Shown here one piece after another: positions 46,828 to 56,940 of a stretch of DNA of 64,000 bases. Numbering within the stretch: position 1 is the stretch's first letter; each line of letters begins with the position of its first letter. The DNA is from Pseudomonadota bacterium (lineage in GTDB: Bacteria > Pseudomonadota > Alphaproteobacteria > SHVP01), in assembly GCA_027622715.1 (NCBI GenBank), contig JAQBYN010000017.1:577-64576 (forward strand), in the 5' to 3' direction. The translations under genes and the position numbers were made by a program. The notes under the pieces were generated by a model, which saw nothing but the letters and a program-made list of their open reading frames with translations, was not told the origin of the DNA and did not search any database.

Positions 46828-46960
46828 GCGTAGACAACGCGGCGCGGCCCAAGGGGCGCGGTCTCCGGCACTGCCCTAGAACTGGACACGTCCTGGCGGC
46901 GCGTGGCGTGATGTAATATGACCCCAGACAACTCGAAACGAAGACAACACGGAATGCCCC

Positions 46961-48358
46961 ATGATCCTGCCCGCCGCCGATAAATCCTTCGAACTCTCCG
47001 TACCCGTCTTGGTGATCGGCGCCGGTGCTTGCGGCATCAGCGCGGCGTTGACGGCCAAGGAATATGGCGCCGAGACGATGTTGCTGGAGCGCGACGACAC
47101 GCCAACCGGATCGTCGGCGTTATCGACCTGCCTAATCCCGGCTGCCGGTACCAAACTGCAAAAGGCCGCGGGCGTTGCAGACTCGCCCGAACAATTCGCT
47201 AAGGACCTGATTGCCAAGGCCAAGAACAAGAACGACCCCGACATGGCGCGCTGGGTCGCCGAAGCGAGCGGCCCGACCGTCGACTGGCTGATCGACACGG
47301 TTGGTTTGCCGCTATCGTTGCTTACCGGGTTCAAATACCCCGGCCATAGCGTGTGGCGCATGCACGGCTCGCCCAACCGCACCGGTACTGAATTGATGGC
47401 CGTCCTGACCGAGGCCGTGGCGCGCGAAGCGATCGACCTCGCGACCTCCGCCCCGGTCACCGACCTCTACGCCGATCAAGCGAGCGGCCGCGTAACCGGC
47501 GTGCGCATCACCCGCCCCGACGGCGCAACCGAAGATATCGGGTGTGACGCGCTAATCCTGGCCTGCAACGGCTATGGCGGGAACTCAGAGATGGTGCGCG
47601 AGTACGTGCCCGAAATGTCGGACGCTTGGTACTTTGGCCACACCGGCAACAAAGGCGACGCGGTCCACTGGGGTGTCGCACTGGGCGGCGCGGTAGCCGA
47701 CATGGGGGGCTATCAAGGCCACGGCGCGGTGACCCAACCGCACGGGACATTGTTGTTCTGGGGCCTCCTCACCGAGGGCGGCATCCAGGTAAACCTCAAC
47801 GGCGAACGCTTTTCCAACGAGGTTCGCGGCTATTCGGAACAGGCCGTCGAGGTGATCGGCCAACCCGAGGCCGTTGCCTGGGAAATCTGGGACGAGGGCA
47901 GCCACAAACTCGGGCTCGATTTTCTCGACTACCGCAACGGCATCGAGATGGGCGCGCATAAGACCGCCGACACCATCGAGGGCATCGCCCAACAAAGCGG
48001 CGTCCCGCTCGACGCGCTGAAACAGACCTTCGCTGATATCGAGGCCTACAAGCGCGGCGAGAAGGACGACCCGTGGGGCCGCGACTGGGGCAAGACAGAC
48101 CTGCTGGAACCGCCCTACCATTTCGCCAAGATCACCGGCGCCTTGTTCCACACCCAAGGTGGCCTAGTCGTCAACGACAAGGCGCAGGTGTTGCGCGAGG
48201 ATGGCACGCCGCTACCCAACCTGTTCGCCGGTGGCGGCGCCGCACGCGGCCTATCGGGGCCATCGCGCTGGGGCTACCTGTCCGGCAACGGCCTGCTGAC
48301 CGCGACGGTGTTGGGCCGCATTGCCGGCCGCGAATCCGCCAAGCTCGTCAAAGGCTAG
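46961..48358 (+). CDS. FAD-binding flavoprotein, fumarate reductase/succinate dehydrogenase flavoprotein-like (TcuA/KstD-like). Tandem paralog 1.
   Basis: N-terminal GAGACG dinucleotide motif. 465 aa. Confidence 0.75.
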   Translation: MILPAADKSFELSVPVLVIGAGACGISAALTAKEYGAETMLLERDDTPTGSSALSTCLIPAAGTKLQKAAGVADSPEQFAKDLIAKAKNKNDPDMARWVAEASGPTVDWLIDTVGLPLSLLTGFKYPGHSVWRMHGSPNRTGTELMAVLTEAVAREAIDLATSAPVTDLYADQASGRVTGVRITRPDGATEDIGCDALILACNGYGGNSEMVREYVPEMSDAWYFGHTGNKGDAVHWGVALGGAVADMGGYQGHGAVTQPHGTLLFWGLLTEGGIQVNLNGERFSNEVRGYSEQAVEVIGQPEAVAWEIWDEGSHKLGLDFLDYRNGIEMGAHKTADTIEGIAQQSGVPLDALKQTFADIEAYKRGEKDDPWGRDWGKTDLLEPPYHFAKITGALFHTQGGLVVNDKAQVLREDGTPLPNLFAGGGAARGLSGPSRWGYLSGNGLLTATVLGRIAGRESAKLVKG

Positions 48359-48406
48359 CCTGAGCCAGCGCCTGTGCTAGCCTGAGCGCCATCCAAGGAG
48401 CCGCCG

Positions 48407-49834
48407 ATGCCCATCAAACCCGCCGCCGGAAAGACCTTCGAATACACCGTGCCCGTCGTGGTCGTTGGTGCCGGCGCCGCTGGGATGACCGCTGCGTTGG
48501 CCGCCCGCGACGGCGGCGCTGAGGTGTTGTTGCTGGAACGCGATCACACGCCGCGCGGCTCGACCGCGATGTCCCAAGGCAATATCGCGGCGGCCGGCAC
48601 CAAAAGTCAGAAGGCAGCCGGCGTTGACGACTCAGGCGATCGCTTCGCCGACGACATTATCAAGCTGACGCGCGGTGAGACCGATGCCGAGCTGGCGCGC
48701 GTCTTTGCCAATGCCTCGGGCAGAACCGTCGATTGGCTTACCGAAACGCACCACATCCCGCTGGCGGTTGACATGGATTGGGGTGCCAAGTTGGGGCATT
48801 CGCGCTCGCGCATTCACGCGACGCCGCGCAAAACCGGCACCGAGCTAGTGAGTTGCTTGTTGAACGCCTGCGAAACCGCCGGCGTCGATCTCATTACCGA
48901 CGCGCATGTCGTCGATGTGTTTGCCGACGGCGATGGCACTGTGCGTGGTGTGCGCTTTGAACGCCCCGACGGCTCGGACGAAGAGGTCGGCTGCGGCGCG
49001 TTGATCCTGACCACCTGCGGCTTTGGCGCGAACCGCGAGATGATCCGTGAATTCATTCCCGACATGGCCGACGCGATCTACCACGGCCACGAAGGCAACG
49101 AAGGCGACGGCATCCAGTGGGGCATGGAACTGGGCGCCGCCACCGCCGACATGACTGCGTTCCAAGGCCTTGGCGCACTCGCCGAACCGGCACGCGTGCT
49201 GATCCACTACATCGTCATTCTCGACGGCGGGATCGTCGTCAACATCAACGGCGAGCGCTTCACCGACGAGTCGACCGACATTTCCGGCATGGGCCGCAAG
49301 GTCACCGCGCAACCCGAGCACTACGTCTGGTTCATCTTCGATCAAAAACGCCAAGACTTCGTCATGAAGTACGAGGAACACAAAGAGGCGATGGAAGTGG
49401 GCGCGGTGCGCAAGGCCGAAACCACCGAAGAGCTCGCCCAGATCACCAAGATGCCATTGGAGACGTTGGAGAAAACGCTCGCCGATGTGGTCGCGATGCA
49501 AAACGGCACAGGCAAAGACAAACACGGTCGCGACTTCGCCAACGAAACGCCGTTGCAAGGCCCGCCTTGGTATGTCGTTAAATCCGTGGGCGCCCTGTTC
49601 CACACGCAAGGTGGTCTGGTGATCGATGGGAACGCCCAGGTCCAGCGCATAGACGGCACGCCACTACCCAATCTTTTCGCCGCCGGCGGCACCGCGCGCT
49701 CAACCTCGGGCCCGTCAGACTGGGGTTACATTCCAGCAGCCGGCCTGTTCACGGCCACGACCCAAGGCCGACTTGCCGGTGTAGCCGCGGCGCGGCTCAC
49801 CACCGCAGCGGAGCAGAGCGCCGCCGCGGAGTAG
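48407..49834 (+). CDS. FAD-binding flavoprotein, fumarate reductase/succinate dehydrogenase flavoprotein-like. Tandem paralog 2.
   Basis: N-terminal GAGAAG motif and an AAGGAG SD. 475 aa. Confidence 0.75.
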   Translation: MPIKPAAGKTFEYTVPVVVVGAGAAGMTAALAARDGGAEVLLLERDHTPRGSTAMSQGNIAAAGTKSQKAAGVDDSGDRFADDIIKLTRGETDAELARVFANASGRTVDWLTETHHIPLAVDMDWGAKLGHSRSRIHATPRKTGTELVSCLLNACETAGVDLITDAHVVDVFADGDGTVRGVRFERPDGSDEEVGCGALILTTCGFGANREMIREFIPDMADAIYHGHEGNEGDGIQWGMELGAATADMTAFQGLGALAEPARVLIHYIVILDGGIVVNINGERFTDESTDISGMGRKVTAQPEHYVWFIFDQKRQDFVMKYEEHKEAMEVGAVRKAETTEELAQITKMPLETLEKTLADVVAMQNGTGKDKHGRDFANETPLQGPPWYVVKSVGALFHTQGGLVIDGNAQVQRIDGTPLPNLFAAGGTARSTSGPSDWGYIPAAGLFTATTQGRLAGVAAARLTTAAEQSAAAE

Positions 49835-49837
49835 CCC

Positions 49838-50242
49838 CTACCCCTTCGGCTTCTTCTGCTCGACCTTCTCGACCGGCCCGCCGGCCTCGACCCAGGCGCC
49901 GAAGCCACCGTCGATATGGGCCACGGGCTCTAGGCCCATGTCCTGGAGCTGTTTGGTCGCCAGCGCCGAGCGCCAGCCCGATTTGCAATAAAACACGAAC
50001 TTCTTACCGCTGGCGAAAACGTCGCGGTGATAGGGGCTGTCGGGGTCGACCCAGAATTCCAACATGCCGCGCGGGGCATGGACGGCCCCCAGAATCTTGC
50101 CTTCGTGCCACAATTCGCGGACATCGCGGATATCCACGATTGTCACGGATTCGTCACCGCCCAAGGCCAAAGCGTCCTTCACGGCGATGGTCTCGACCGC
50201 CGAATTGGCCTCATCGACCAATTGCTTGTAGCCTTTCTTCAT
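49838..50242 (-). CDS. Single-domain rhodanese sulfurtransferase.
   Basis: The start is MKKGYKQL. The active-site loop is CKSGWRS. Confidence 0.7.
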   Translation of the reverse strand: MKKGYKQLVDEANSAVETIAVKDALALGGDESVTIVDIRDVRELWHEGKILGAVHAPRGMLEFWVDPDSPYHRDVFASGKKFVFYCKSGWRSALATKQLQDMGLEPVAHIDGGFGAWVEAGGPVEKVEQKKPKG

Positions 50243-50325
50243 CCTATGTGTTCTCCGTTCGGGTTGGCGCTCAGAGTAGCCGATCCGGCCCCTAAGACCA
50301 CGCACAGACCCAAGAAAGGTCCCCC

Positions 50326-50643
50326 GTGACCGCCAGAAGAGCCCGTTTTCACGTTGGCCAGATCGTCGCCCACCGGCGGGCGGGATACCGCGGCGTCGTC
50401 TATGACGTCGACCCGATCTTCAGCCTGGACGATGAGTGGTACGACGAAATGGCCCGCTCACGCCCGCCTAAGGACAAGCCCTGGTACAGCGTGCTGGTCG
50501 ATGGCGGCGAGCACACCACCTATGTCGCCGAGCGCAACCTTGAGCGTAGCGACGATGAAACCGACATCCACCATCCCCTGGTGGAGGATTTGTTCGCTGA
50601 ACTCCGCGACGGCGCCTACGTGTCGCGCGACCGCCACAACTGA
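50326..50643 (+). CDS. hspQ: Heat-shock protein HspQ / YccV-like hemimethylated-DNA-binding domain protein.
   Basis: It carries the FHVGQIVAHRRAGYRGVVYDVD signature. Confidence 0.7.
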   Translation: MTARRARFHVGQIVAHRRAGYRGVVYDVDPIFSLDDEWYDEMARSRPPKDKPWYSVLVDGGEHTTYVAERNLERSDDETDIHHPLVEDLFAELRDGAYVSRDRHN

Positions 50644-50670
50644 CCACCAACCGACATAAGGAGGCACGGC

Positions 50671-51441
50671 ATGCGTCTTAAGGGCAAGTCGGCGCTCGTC
50701 ACGGGCGCCGCATCAGGTATCGGCAAGGCCACCGCGCAACGCTTCGCCGAAGAGGGCTGCACCGTCGTTTGCGCCGACAAGAACGGCGACGGCGCGCAAC
50801 AATCCGCCAAAGAAATCAACGCGACCGGCGCAAAAGCCTTTGCCGTCACGCTCGACGTGACCCAGGCCGACCAGGTCGGCGCCGCGATTGCCAAAGCGAT
50901 CGAGCAGACCGGCGGCCTCGACATTGTCGTCAACAATGCGGGCATCACTATCGTCGGCAGCGTCGAGCAAATGAGCGAGGCACAGTGGGACACCGAGATG
51001 GATATCAACGTCAAATCCATCTTCTTGATGTCCAAGGCCGTATGGAGCCACATGAAAGTCCGCAAAGGTGGCGTGATCCTCAACACCGCGTCGATCGCCG
51101 GGCAAATCGGCATCGCCCAAGACGCGGCTTATTGCGCGTCCAAAGCCGCCGTCATCATGTTGACGCGTTGCATGGCCAAGGACGGCGCGGGCGACAAAAT
51201 TCGCGTTAACTGCGTGTGCCCGGGGTTCATCGACACGCCGATGATCCAGGGCTATTTCAACGATCAAGACGATCCCGCCGCGGCACGACAATTTGCCACT
51301 GGCCTTCATCCATTGGGCAGGCTCGGTTTCGCCCGCGATATCGCCAACGGGTTCCTCTATTTGGCGAGCGACGACGCCGAATGGGTGACAGGCACCGCGC
51401 TGACAGTAGACGGAGGCCTCATGGCCGCGCTGCCGGGCTAG
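50671..51441 (+). CDS. SDR-family oxidoreductase.
   Basis: The cofactor motif is TGAASGIGKA, followed by NNAG and YxxxK. Confidence 0.85.
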   Translation: MRLKGKSALVTGAASGIGKATAQRFAEEGCTVVCADKNGDGAQQSAKEINATGAKAFAVTLDVTQADQVGAAIAKAIEQTGGLDIVVNNAGITIVGSVEQMSEAQWDTEMDINVKSIFLMSKAVWSHMKVRKGGVILNTASIAGQIGIAQDAAYCASKAAVIMLTRCMAKDGAGDKIRVNCVCPGFIDTPMIQGYFNDQDDPAAARQFATGLHPLGRLGFARDIANGFLYLASDDAEWVTGTALTVDGGLMAALPG

Positions 51442-51507
51442 TCAACGGTTGAAGCAAACCCAGGCGGTCCTTAAGTTCAAAGGCCCGCTCTCCTGACCCA
51501 GGTTGCC

Positions 51508-52509
51508 ATGGATATCCGCAAAGGCTTTCTCGATACCGTCGGCAACACGCCGCTGATCCGCCTTAACCGGCTGTCGGATGAAACGGGGTGCGAGATCCTC
51601 GGCAAAGCCGAGTTCCTCAACCCGGGTGGCTCGGTCAAGGATCGCGCCGCGCTGGCGATTATTGAGGACGCCGAGAAGAGCGGCGCGCTAAAGCCGGGCG
51701 GCACCATCGTCGAGGGCACCGCCGGCAATACCGGCATTGGCCTCGCCCTCGTCGGTAACGCCAAGGGCTACAAGACAATCATCATCATTCCCGATACCCA
51801 GAGCCAAGAAAAGATGGACATGCTGACGGTGTGCGGTGTCGATCTGCGCCCGGTACCGGCCAAGCCCTACCGCGACCCCGATAACTACGTGAAGATTTCG
51901 GGCCGCACTGCGGACGCGCTCAACGAAAAAAACCCGGGCAGCGCGATTTGGGCCAACCAGTTCGACAACGTCGCCAACCGTGACGGCCATTTCCGCACCA
52001 CTGGGCCCGAGATATGGCAACAGACCGGTGGCAAGATCGACGGCTTCATCTGCGCCGTCGGCACCGGCGGTACGTTGGCCGGCGTCGGCATGTATCTGAA
52101 AGAGCAACACCGCGGCGTGACAATCGGCCTCGCCGATCCGATGGGTGCCGCGCTGTACCACTATTACGCGCACGGCGAACTGAAATCCGAAGGCTCGTCC
52201 ATCACTGAAGGAATCGGCCAAGGTCGCATCACCAAGAACCTCGAAGGCGCGCCGGTCGACATGCCGTTCCAAATTCCCGATGCCGAGGCACTCCAGATCG
52301 TTTTCGACCTCATCGAACAAGAAGGTTTAGTGCTGGGCGGTTCCAGCGGCATCAATGTCGCCGGCGCTGTGCGTATGGCCAAAGAACTCGGCCCGGGCCA
52401 TACCATCGTCACGGTGCTGTGCGATTTCGGCTCGCGCTATCAAAGCAAGATGTTCAATCCCATCTTCTTGCGCGACAAGGGCCTGCCGGTCCCGCATTGG
52501 ATGGCCTAA
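51508..52509 (+). CDS. Cysteine synthase / CBS-like PLP enzyme (fold-type II).
   Basis: The PLP-lysine context is GSVKDRAA. 333 aa. Confidence 0.8.
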   Translation: MDIRKGFLDTVGNTPLIRLNRLSDETGCEILGKAEFLNPGGSVKDRAALAIIEDAEKSGALKPGGTIVEGTAGNTGIGLALVGNAKGYKTIIIIPDTQSQEKMDMLTVCGVDLRPVPAKPYRDPDNYVKISGRTADALNEKNPGSAIWANQFDNVANRDGHFRTTGPEIWQQTGGKIDGFICAVGTGGTLAGVGMYLKEQHRGVTIGLADPMGAALYHYYAHGELKSEGSSITEGIGQGRITKNLEGAPVDMPFQIPDAEALQIVFDLIEQEGLVLGGSSGINVAGAVRMAKELGPGHTIVTVLCDFGSRYQSKMFNPIFLRDKGLPVPHWMA

Positions 52510-52513
52510 GAGC

Positions 52514-53224
52514 ATGACCGAACAACTGTTCACGCAAGACGCCTATCTCACCGATTGCACGGCGACGGTTACCGTGGTGCACGATATGGCCGTCGAACTC
52601 GATCGCACCGTGTTCTACGCGCAAGGTGGCGGCCAACCGGGCGACACCGGCACGCTAACCTTGGCCGACGGGACAGTGCTGGTCGTCAGCAACGCCACCA
52701 AAGGCGACACGCCGGGCAGCGTCGTCCACCTCATTGCCGGCGGCGTCACACCGCCGCCGGTCGGCACCGCGGTCACCGCCAAAATCGACTGGGCGCGCCG
52801 CCACAAATTCATGCGTATGCATACCTGCCTGCATCTTTTGTCGGCGGTCCTGCCCTACCCCGTCACCGGCGGTTCGATCGGCGAAGAAAAAGGCCGCCTC
52901 GACTTCGACCTACCAGAGGCAAACCTCGACAAGGAAGACATCGCCGCCAAACTGGCCGCGCTGATCGCCGCCGACAGCCCGGTTAGCGATGAATGGATCA
53001 CCGATGCCGAACTCGATGCCAACCCCGACCTTGTCAAAACGATGGCCGTCCAACCGCCGCGCGGCCTCGGCAAGGTGCGCCTGCTGCGGATCGGCGACGA
53101 TGTGGACCTGCAGCCCTGCGGCGGCACCCACGTCAAACGCACCGGCGAGATCGGCGCCATCGAAGTCGGCAAGATCGAAAAGAAAGGCCGCCAGAACCGC
53201 CGCGTGAACCTGCGCTTCGCGTAG
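52514..53224 (+). CDS. alaX: Alanyl-tRNA editing protein (AlaX-M-like).
   Basis: ATG at 52514. The zinc motifs are HTCLHLL and CGGTHV. Confidence 0.75.
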   Translation: MTEQLFTQDAYLTDCTATVTVVHDMAVELDRTVFYAQGGGQPGDTGTLTLADGTVLVVSNATKGDTPGSVVHLIAGGVTPPPVGTAVTAKIDWARRHKFMRMHTCLHLLSAVLPYPVTGGSIGEEKGRLDFDLPEANLDKEDIAAKLAALIAADSPVSDEWITDAELDANPDLVKTMAVQPPRGLGKVRLLRIGDDVDLQPCGGTHVKRTGEIGAIEVGKIEKKGRQNRRVNLRFA

Positions 53225-53234
53225 CGGCGCCGAT

Positions 53235-54134
53235 CTAGCGGAACACGATGCTGTTGCGCGTCAAGAAGCGCCCCGCGAAGGTGATCGGCACGGCCTCGTT
53301 CTCAAGAATGCTGGTGGCGGAACCGCCGCGCTCGGCATGGATGTGCAAGTGCGGTTGAGTCGACTTACCTGAGTTCCCGACCTGCCCAACCGGGGTGCCG
53401 TCAGCGACCATTTGGTTGACCGAAACCCCGACGCTCCCGGGTTGCAGATGAGCCAGAAGCACCTTAATCCCCCTGCACGCGATGATGACATGATTGCCCG
53501 CTCCCGCCTCTCGATTCACTGCCGGCGGGACAATATTCGGATGCCCGTCCACGGCAACAACGACCGTACCGTCACAGGGACTGTGAACGGGTTCGCCGAA
53601 TATCTCGAACCGGGCCAAACTGGTTGCGTCGCCGTTGCCCGCGGCGCGGCCCGATGCACTCAGCTTTACGATGTCGAGAGCGAAACGTTCCGGTTGAGAC
53701 GCCTGATGGTTGTTGATCCATCGCGAATTGCCGCCACCCCCGACATAGTAGGGCCCGCCCGACAGCGGAAATGAAAGGTCGATCGCGCCAGCCGGCGCGA
53801 AAGACGCGGCAATGATATGGACGTCGAACCCTGCGACGCCGATCAGGAACAAAATTGCGATAGCCCGCCTCGACAATTTCGTCGGGCGCGCCGTTGGTGC
53901 GATCCGGCGGTAGCCTCGAATAGCCGCGATCGCGAGCACGAGCGGAATCGCCACAAGCCAAAAATAGCTTAGGCCGTCCCAACGGCCGGTCGCCAACAAG
54001 AAGAACATCACGCTTGCCGCGGCGCCAGTTCGAAGCGCCCACATCGAGAGATTGCGGGGTCTGGCGGACGCGAGATCGATCGCAAAGGCCAGGGGCACCA
54101 AGAGCTGAACGGCGAGCAGCAACGCGAGGTTCAT
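53235..54134 (-). CDS. M23 family metallopeptidase with N-terminal transmembrane segments.
   Basis: The HxH motif is in PHLHIHAERGG. The start is MNLALLLAVQLLV. Confidence 0.75.
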   Translation of the reverse strand: MNLALLLAVQLLVPLAFAIDLASARPRNLSMWALRTGAAASVMFFLLATGRWDGLSYFWLVAIPLVLAIAAIRGYRRIAPTARPTKLSRRAIAILFLIGVAGFDVHIIAASFAPAGAIDLSFPLSGGPYYVGGGGNSRWINNHQASQPERFALDIVKLSASGRAAGNGDATSLARFEIFGEPVHSPCDGTVVVAVDGHPNIVPPAVNREAGAGNHVIIACRGIKVLLAHLQPGSVGVSVNQMVADGTPVGQVGNSGKSTQPHLHIHAERGGSATSILENEAVPITFAGRFLTRNSIVFR

Positions 54135-54373
54135 TTGGACCAGGATTCGTTTCCTCGGAACGCCGCGATTGTACTGTCCCGCAGCGGCGTGCCACAAGAT
54201 GCGGTTTGCCGCCAAGAACGTTGCGGCGCTCGCGTCGAAGATCCGCGCAGACCTTGATCGGGCGGCGCCGGCTCCCTACCCTTCGCCTCGCCTCGGAAGC
54301 GTCGGGACCCGTCTAGCGCGCTTCAATCAAGACAGCTCGTTTTGGTATCCACGCGTCAACAGAAAGGATCGAC

Positions 54374-55216
54374 ATGCCCTACGTCCACCCCGATGCCCTA
54401 GTCGAAACCGATTGGCTTTCCGACAACCTTGCCAACGTGAAAGTGCTCGACGGCTCGTGGTACCTGCCGGCGCAGAACCGTGATCCGGTAGCGGAATACG
54501 CCGCCGGGCACATTCCGGGCGCGCAGTTCTTTGATATCGACGCGATTGCCGATCCCGACACCGACCTGCCCCATATGCTGCCCACCGCCGAGGACTTCGC
54601 AAAGGCGGTCGGCGCCATGGGAATCTCGAACAAAGACCGCGTCGTTGTTTACGACGGCATCGGCCTGCAAAGCGCCGCGCGGGTGTGGTGGGAGTTCCGT
54701 GCATTCGGCCATGCCAACGTCGCGTTGCTCAATGGCGGCTTGCCGAAATGGCAAGCCGAAGACCGGCCGCTCGAAACCACAACGCCAGTGCCCAAGCCCG
54801 CGACGTTTGCGGCGAAACGCGATGCCACCATCTTGCGCACTGCGGACCAACTGCTTGCCAACGTCGAAAGCCGGGCCGAACAGGTGCTGGATGTGCGCCC
54901 CAAAGGTCGCTTCGATGGTACCGATGCAGAGCCGCGTCCGGGCGTTCGCTCGGGCCATATCCCCGGCGCGAAGCATTTGGTCTACACCGACATCTTGAAC
55001 CCTGACCGCACGTTAAAAGACGCCGACGCGTTGCGCGCGGCGTTGACGGGATCGGGGATCGACCTGAACGGTACCGTGGTCACCAGCTGCGGCTCCGGCA
55101 TTACCGCGTCGGTGATGGCGCTCGGCCTGCACCTCATCGGCCACGACAAGTGGGCGGTCTATGACGGGTCGTGGACCGAATGGGGTGGCCGCACGGACAC
55201 GCCGATTGATACCTGA
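54374..55216 (+). CDS. sseA: 3-mercaptopyruvate sulfurtransferase (tandem rhodanese domains).
   Basis: 280 aa. The active-site loop is CGSGITAS. Confidence 0.85.
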   Translation: MPYVHPDALVETDWLSDNLANVKVLDGSWYLPAQNRDPVAEYAAGHIPGAQFFDIDAIADPDTDLPHMLPTAEDFAKAVGAMGISNKDRVVVYDGIGLQSAARVWWEFRAFGHANVALLNGGLPKWQAEDRPLETTTPVPKPATFAAKRDATILRTADQLLANVESRAEQVLDVRPKGRFDGTDAEPRPGVRSGHIPGAKHLVYTDILNPDRTLKDADALRAALTGSGIDLNGTVVTSCGSGITASVMALGLHLIGHDKWAVYDGSWTEWGGRTDTPIDT

Positions 55217-55223
55217 TATAGCG

Positions 55224-55415
55224 GTGGTTCTCGAGTCGCGGCTGACCAGCCCCGAATGCGGCCACGCGAAAGTCGAGACCATGCCGACCGACACCTGCCA
55301 ATTCTTTTGCGACTGTGAAGCATGCGGCGCGGTTCTGCGCCCGCTGCCGGGCGACTGCTGCGTCTTTTGTTCCTACGGCTCAGTTGCGGGTCCCTCGAAT
55401 CAGGTCGCGGCATGA
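55224..55415 (+). CDS. Small Cys-rich GDCCVxC-domain metal-binding protein.
   Basis: The cysteine array reads SPECGH...TCQFFCDCEACG...PGDCCVFCSYG. The start is uncertain: candidates are GTG at 55224, ATG at 55161 overlapping sseA, and ATG at 55281. Confidence 0.5.
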   Translation: MVLESRLTSPECGHAKVETMPTDTCQFFCDCEACGAVLRPLPGDCCVFCSYGSVAGPSNQVAA

Positions 55416-55648
55416 CCGCCATTGACCTCTACGGGCTCGCCGCGGTGAGTGGCATGCTGCTGTTCTACGCCTTTGAGCGCCGTCATGCGGGCTTCGTCAT
55501 CGCCTTCGCCGCCGCCTGCGCCGCGGCCTCGATCTACGGCTTCCTGATCGGCTCCTGGCCGTTCGGCCTGATCGAGGCGATCTGGTCGGTCGTCGCGCTA
55601 GTGCGCTGGCGACGGCGGATACGGACGCCGCAAGAAGTCGCCAACTAG
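55412..55648 (+). CDS. Small two-TM membrane protein, 78 aa.
   Basis: Its ATG overlaps the upstream stop as ATGA. It has two hydrophobic helices. Confidence 0.4.
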   Translation: MTAIDLYGLAAVSGMLLFYAFERRHAGFVIAFAAACAAASIYGFLIGSWPFGLIEAIWSVVALVRWRRRIRTPQEVAN

Positions 55649-55683
55649 CGCCACACCACCCCCAATGCTATGAGTGCCGCATC

Positions 55684-56850
55684 ATGAAAGAAGACACAAA
55701 AATCGTCCGCGCCGGGCGGCATCCCGCGCAACATGGCGGCGCCGTCAACACGCCGGTTTATCATGTCTCTACCGTTCTGGTGGACACGCTGGAGGAACTG
55801 GAAGGACTGCGCCAACGCAAGCCGCCGGTGATGGCCTATGGCCGCCGCGGGACGCCGACCAGTCATGCCTTTGAAGAGGCCGTCGCTGAACTCGAGGGCG
55901 GCGCGGGTTGCGTGAGTTTTCCTTCGGGGCTCGCCGCCATATCCGGGGCGCTTCTTACCTACGCCGAAACCGGTGCGCACTTTCTCATTTCCGACAGCGC
56001 CTACGGACCGACGCGCCGGTTGTGCGACACGTTGCTCAAACGCCTCGGCGTCACCACGGATTATTACGACCCGTTGATCGGCGGCGACATCGCCAACCTG
56101 ATCAAGGACAACACCAAGATCGTGTTCACCGAATCACCTGGCTCGCTAACGTTTGAGGTGCAAGACATCCCGGCGATTGCGGCCGCCGCCCATGAACGCG
56201 GCGCCAAGGTGTTGATGGACAATACCTGGGCCTCGCCGATTTACTTTAAACCGTTCGATCACGGCGTCGATCTGTCGATCCAGGCCGCCACCAAATACAT
56301 CGTCGGACACTCCGACGCGATGTTGGGCACCGTAACGGCCAACGAGGAATGCCTCGAGGCGCTGCAAGAGACGACCTACAGCATGGGCTTTGCCGCCGGG
56401 CCGGACGATCTATACCTCGGCACGCGCGGCATCCGCACGATTGGCGTGCGCCTGCGTCAGCATATGGAGTCCGGCCTTAACGTCGCACGTTGGCTGCAAA
56501 GCCGGCCCGAAGTTGTGCGCGTCATCCACCCCGGGTTGCCCAACGATCCCGGCCACGCGCTGTGGCAGCGCGACTTTACCGGTGCGTCCGGCTTGTTCGC
56601 CTTCGTCATCAAGAGCTGCCCGCGCGCCGCCCTTGAAGCCATGGTCAATCACTTCAAATATTTCGGTATGGGCGCATCGTGGGGCGGCTACGAAAGCCTG
56701 TGCATGCCGACATCGCCGGAAAAGATGCGCACCGTCACGACGTGGGAGCCGGGCGGCCAATGCATGCGCATCCACGTCGGCCTCGAAGATGTCGACGACC
56801 TGATCGAAGATCTGTCGAGCGCGTTCGACCGTCTCAACGCCGCGATGTAG
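55684..56850 (+). CDS. metC: Cystathionine beta-lyase / Cys-Met metabolism PLP enzyme.
   Basis: 388 aa. The PLP-lysine lies in SIQAATKYIVGHSD. Confidence 0.85.
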   Translation: MKEDTKIVRAGRHPAQHGGAVNTPVYHVSTVLVDTLEELEGLRQRKPPVMAYGRRGTPTSHAFEEAVAELEGGAGCVSFPSGLAAISGALLTYAETGAHFLISDSAYGPTRRLCDTLLKRLGVTTDYYDPLIGGDIANLIKDNTKIVFTESPGSLTFEVQDIPAIAAAAHERGAKVLMDNTWASPIYFKPFDHGVDLSIQAATKYIVGHSDAMLGTVTANEECLEALQETTYSMGFAAGPDDLYLGTRGIRTIGVRLRQHMESGLNVARWLQSRPEVVRVIHPGLPNDPGHALWQRDFTGASGLFAFVIKSCPRAALEAMVNHFKYFGMGASWGGYESLCMPTSPEKMRTVTTWEPGGQCMRIHVGLEDVDDLIEDLSSAFDRLNAAM

Positions 56851-56940
56851 CTCGGGCCTCTGCGGAGTCGGGCACCTGACTCGAGGCGGTATCTCGAACA
56901 AATCAATCCGAATCCAAACGATGCTATAGTTCGTCAACAC

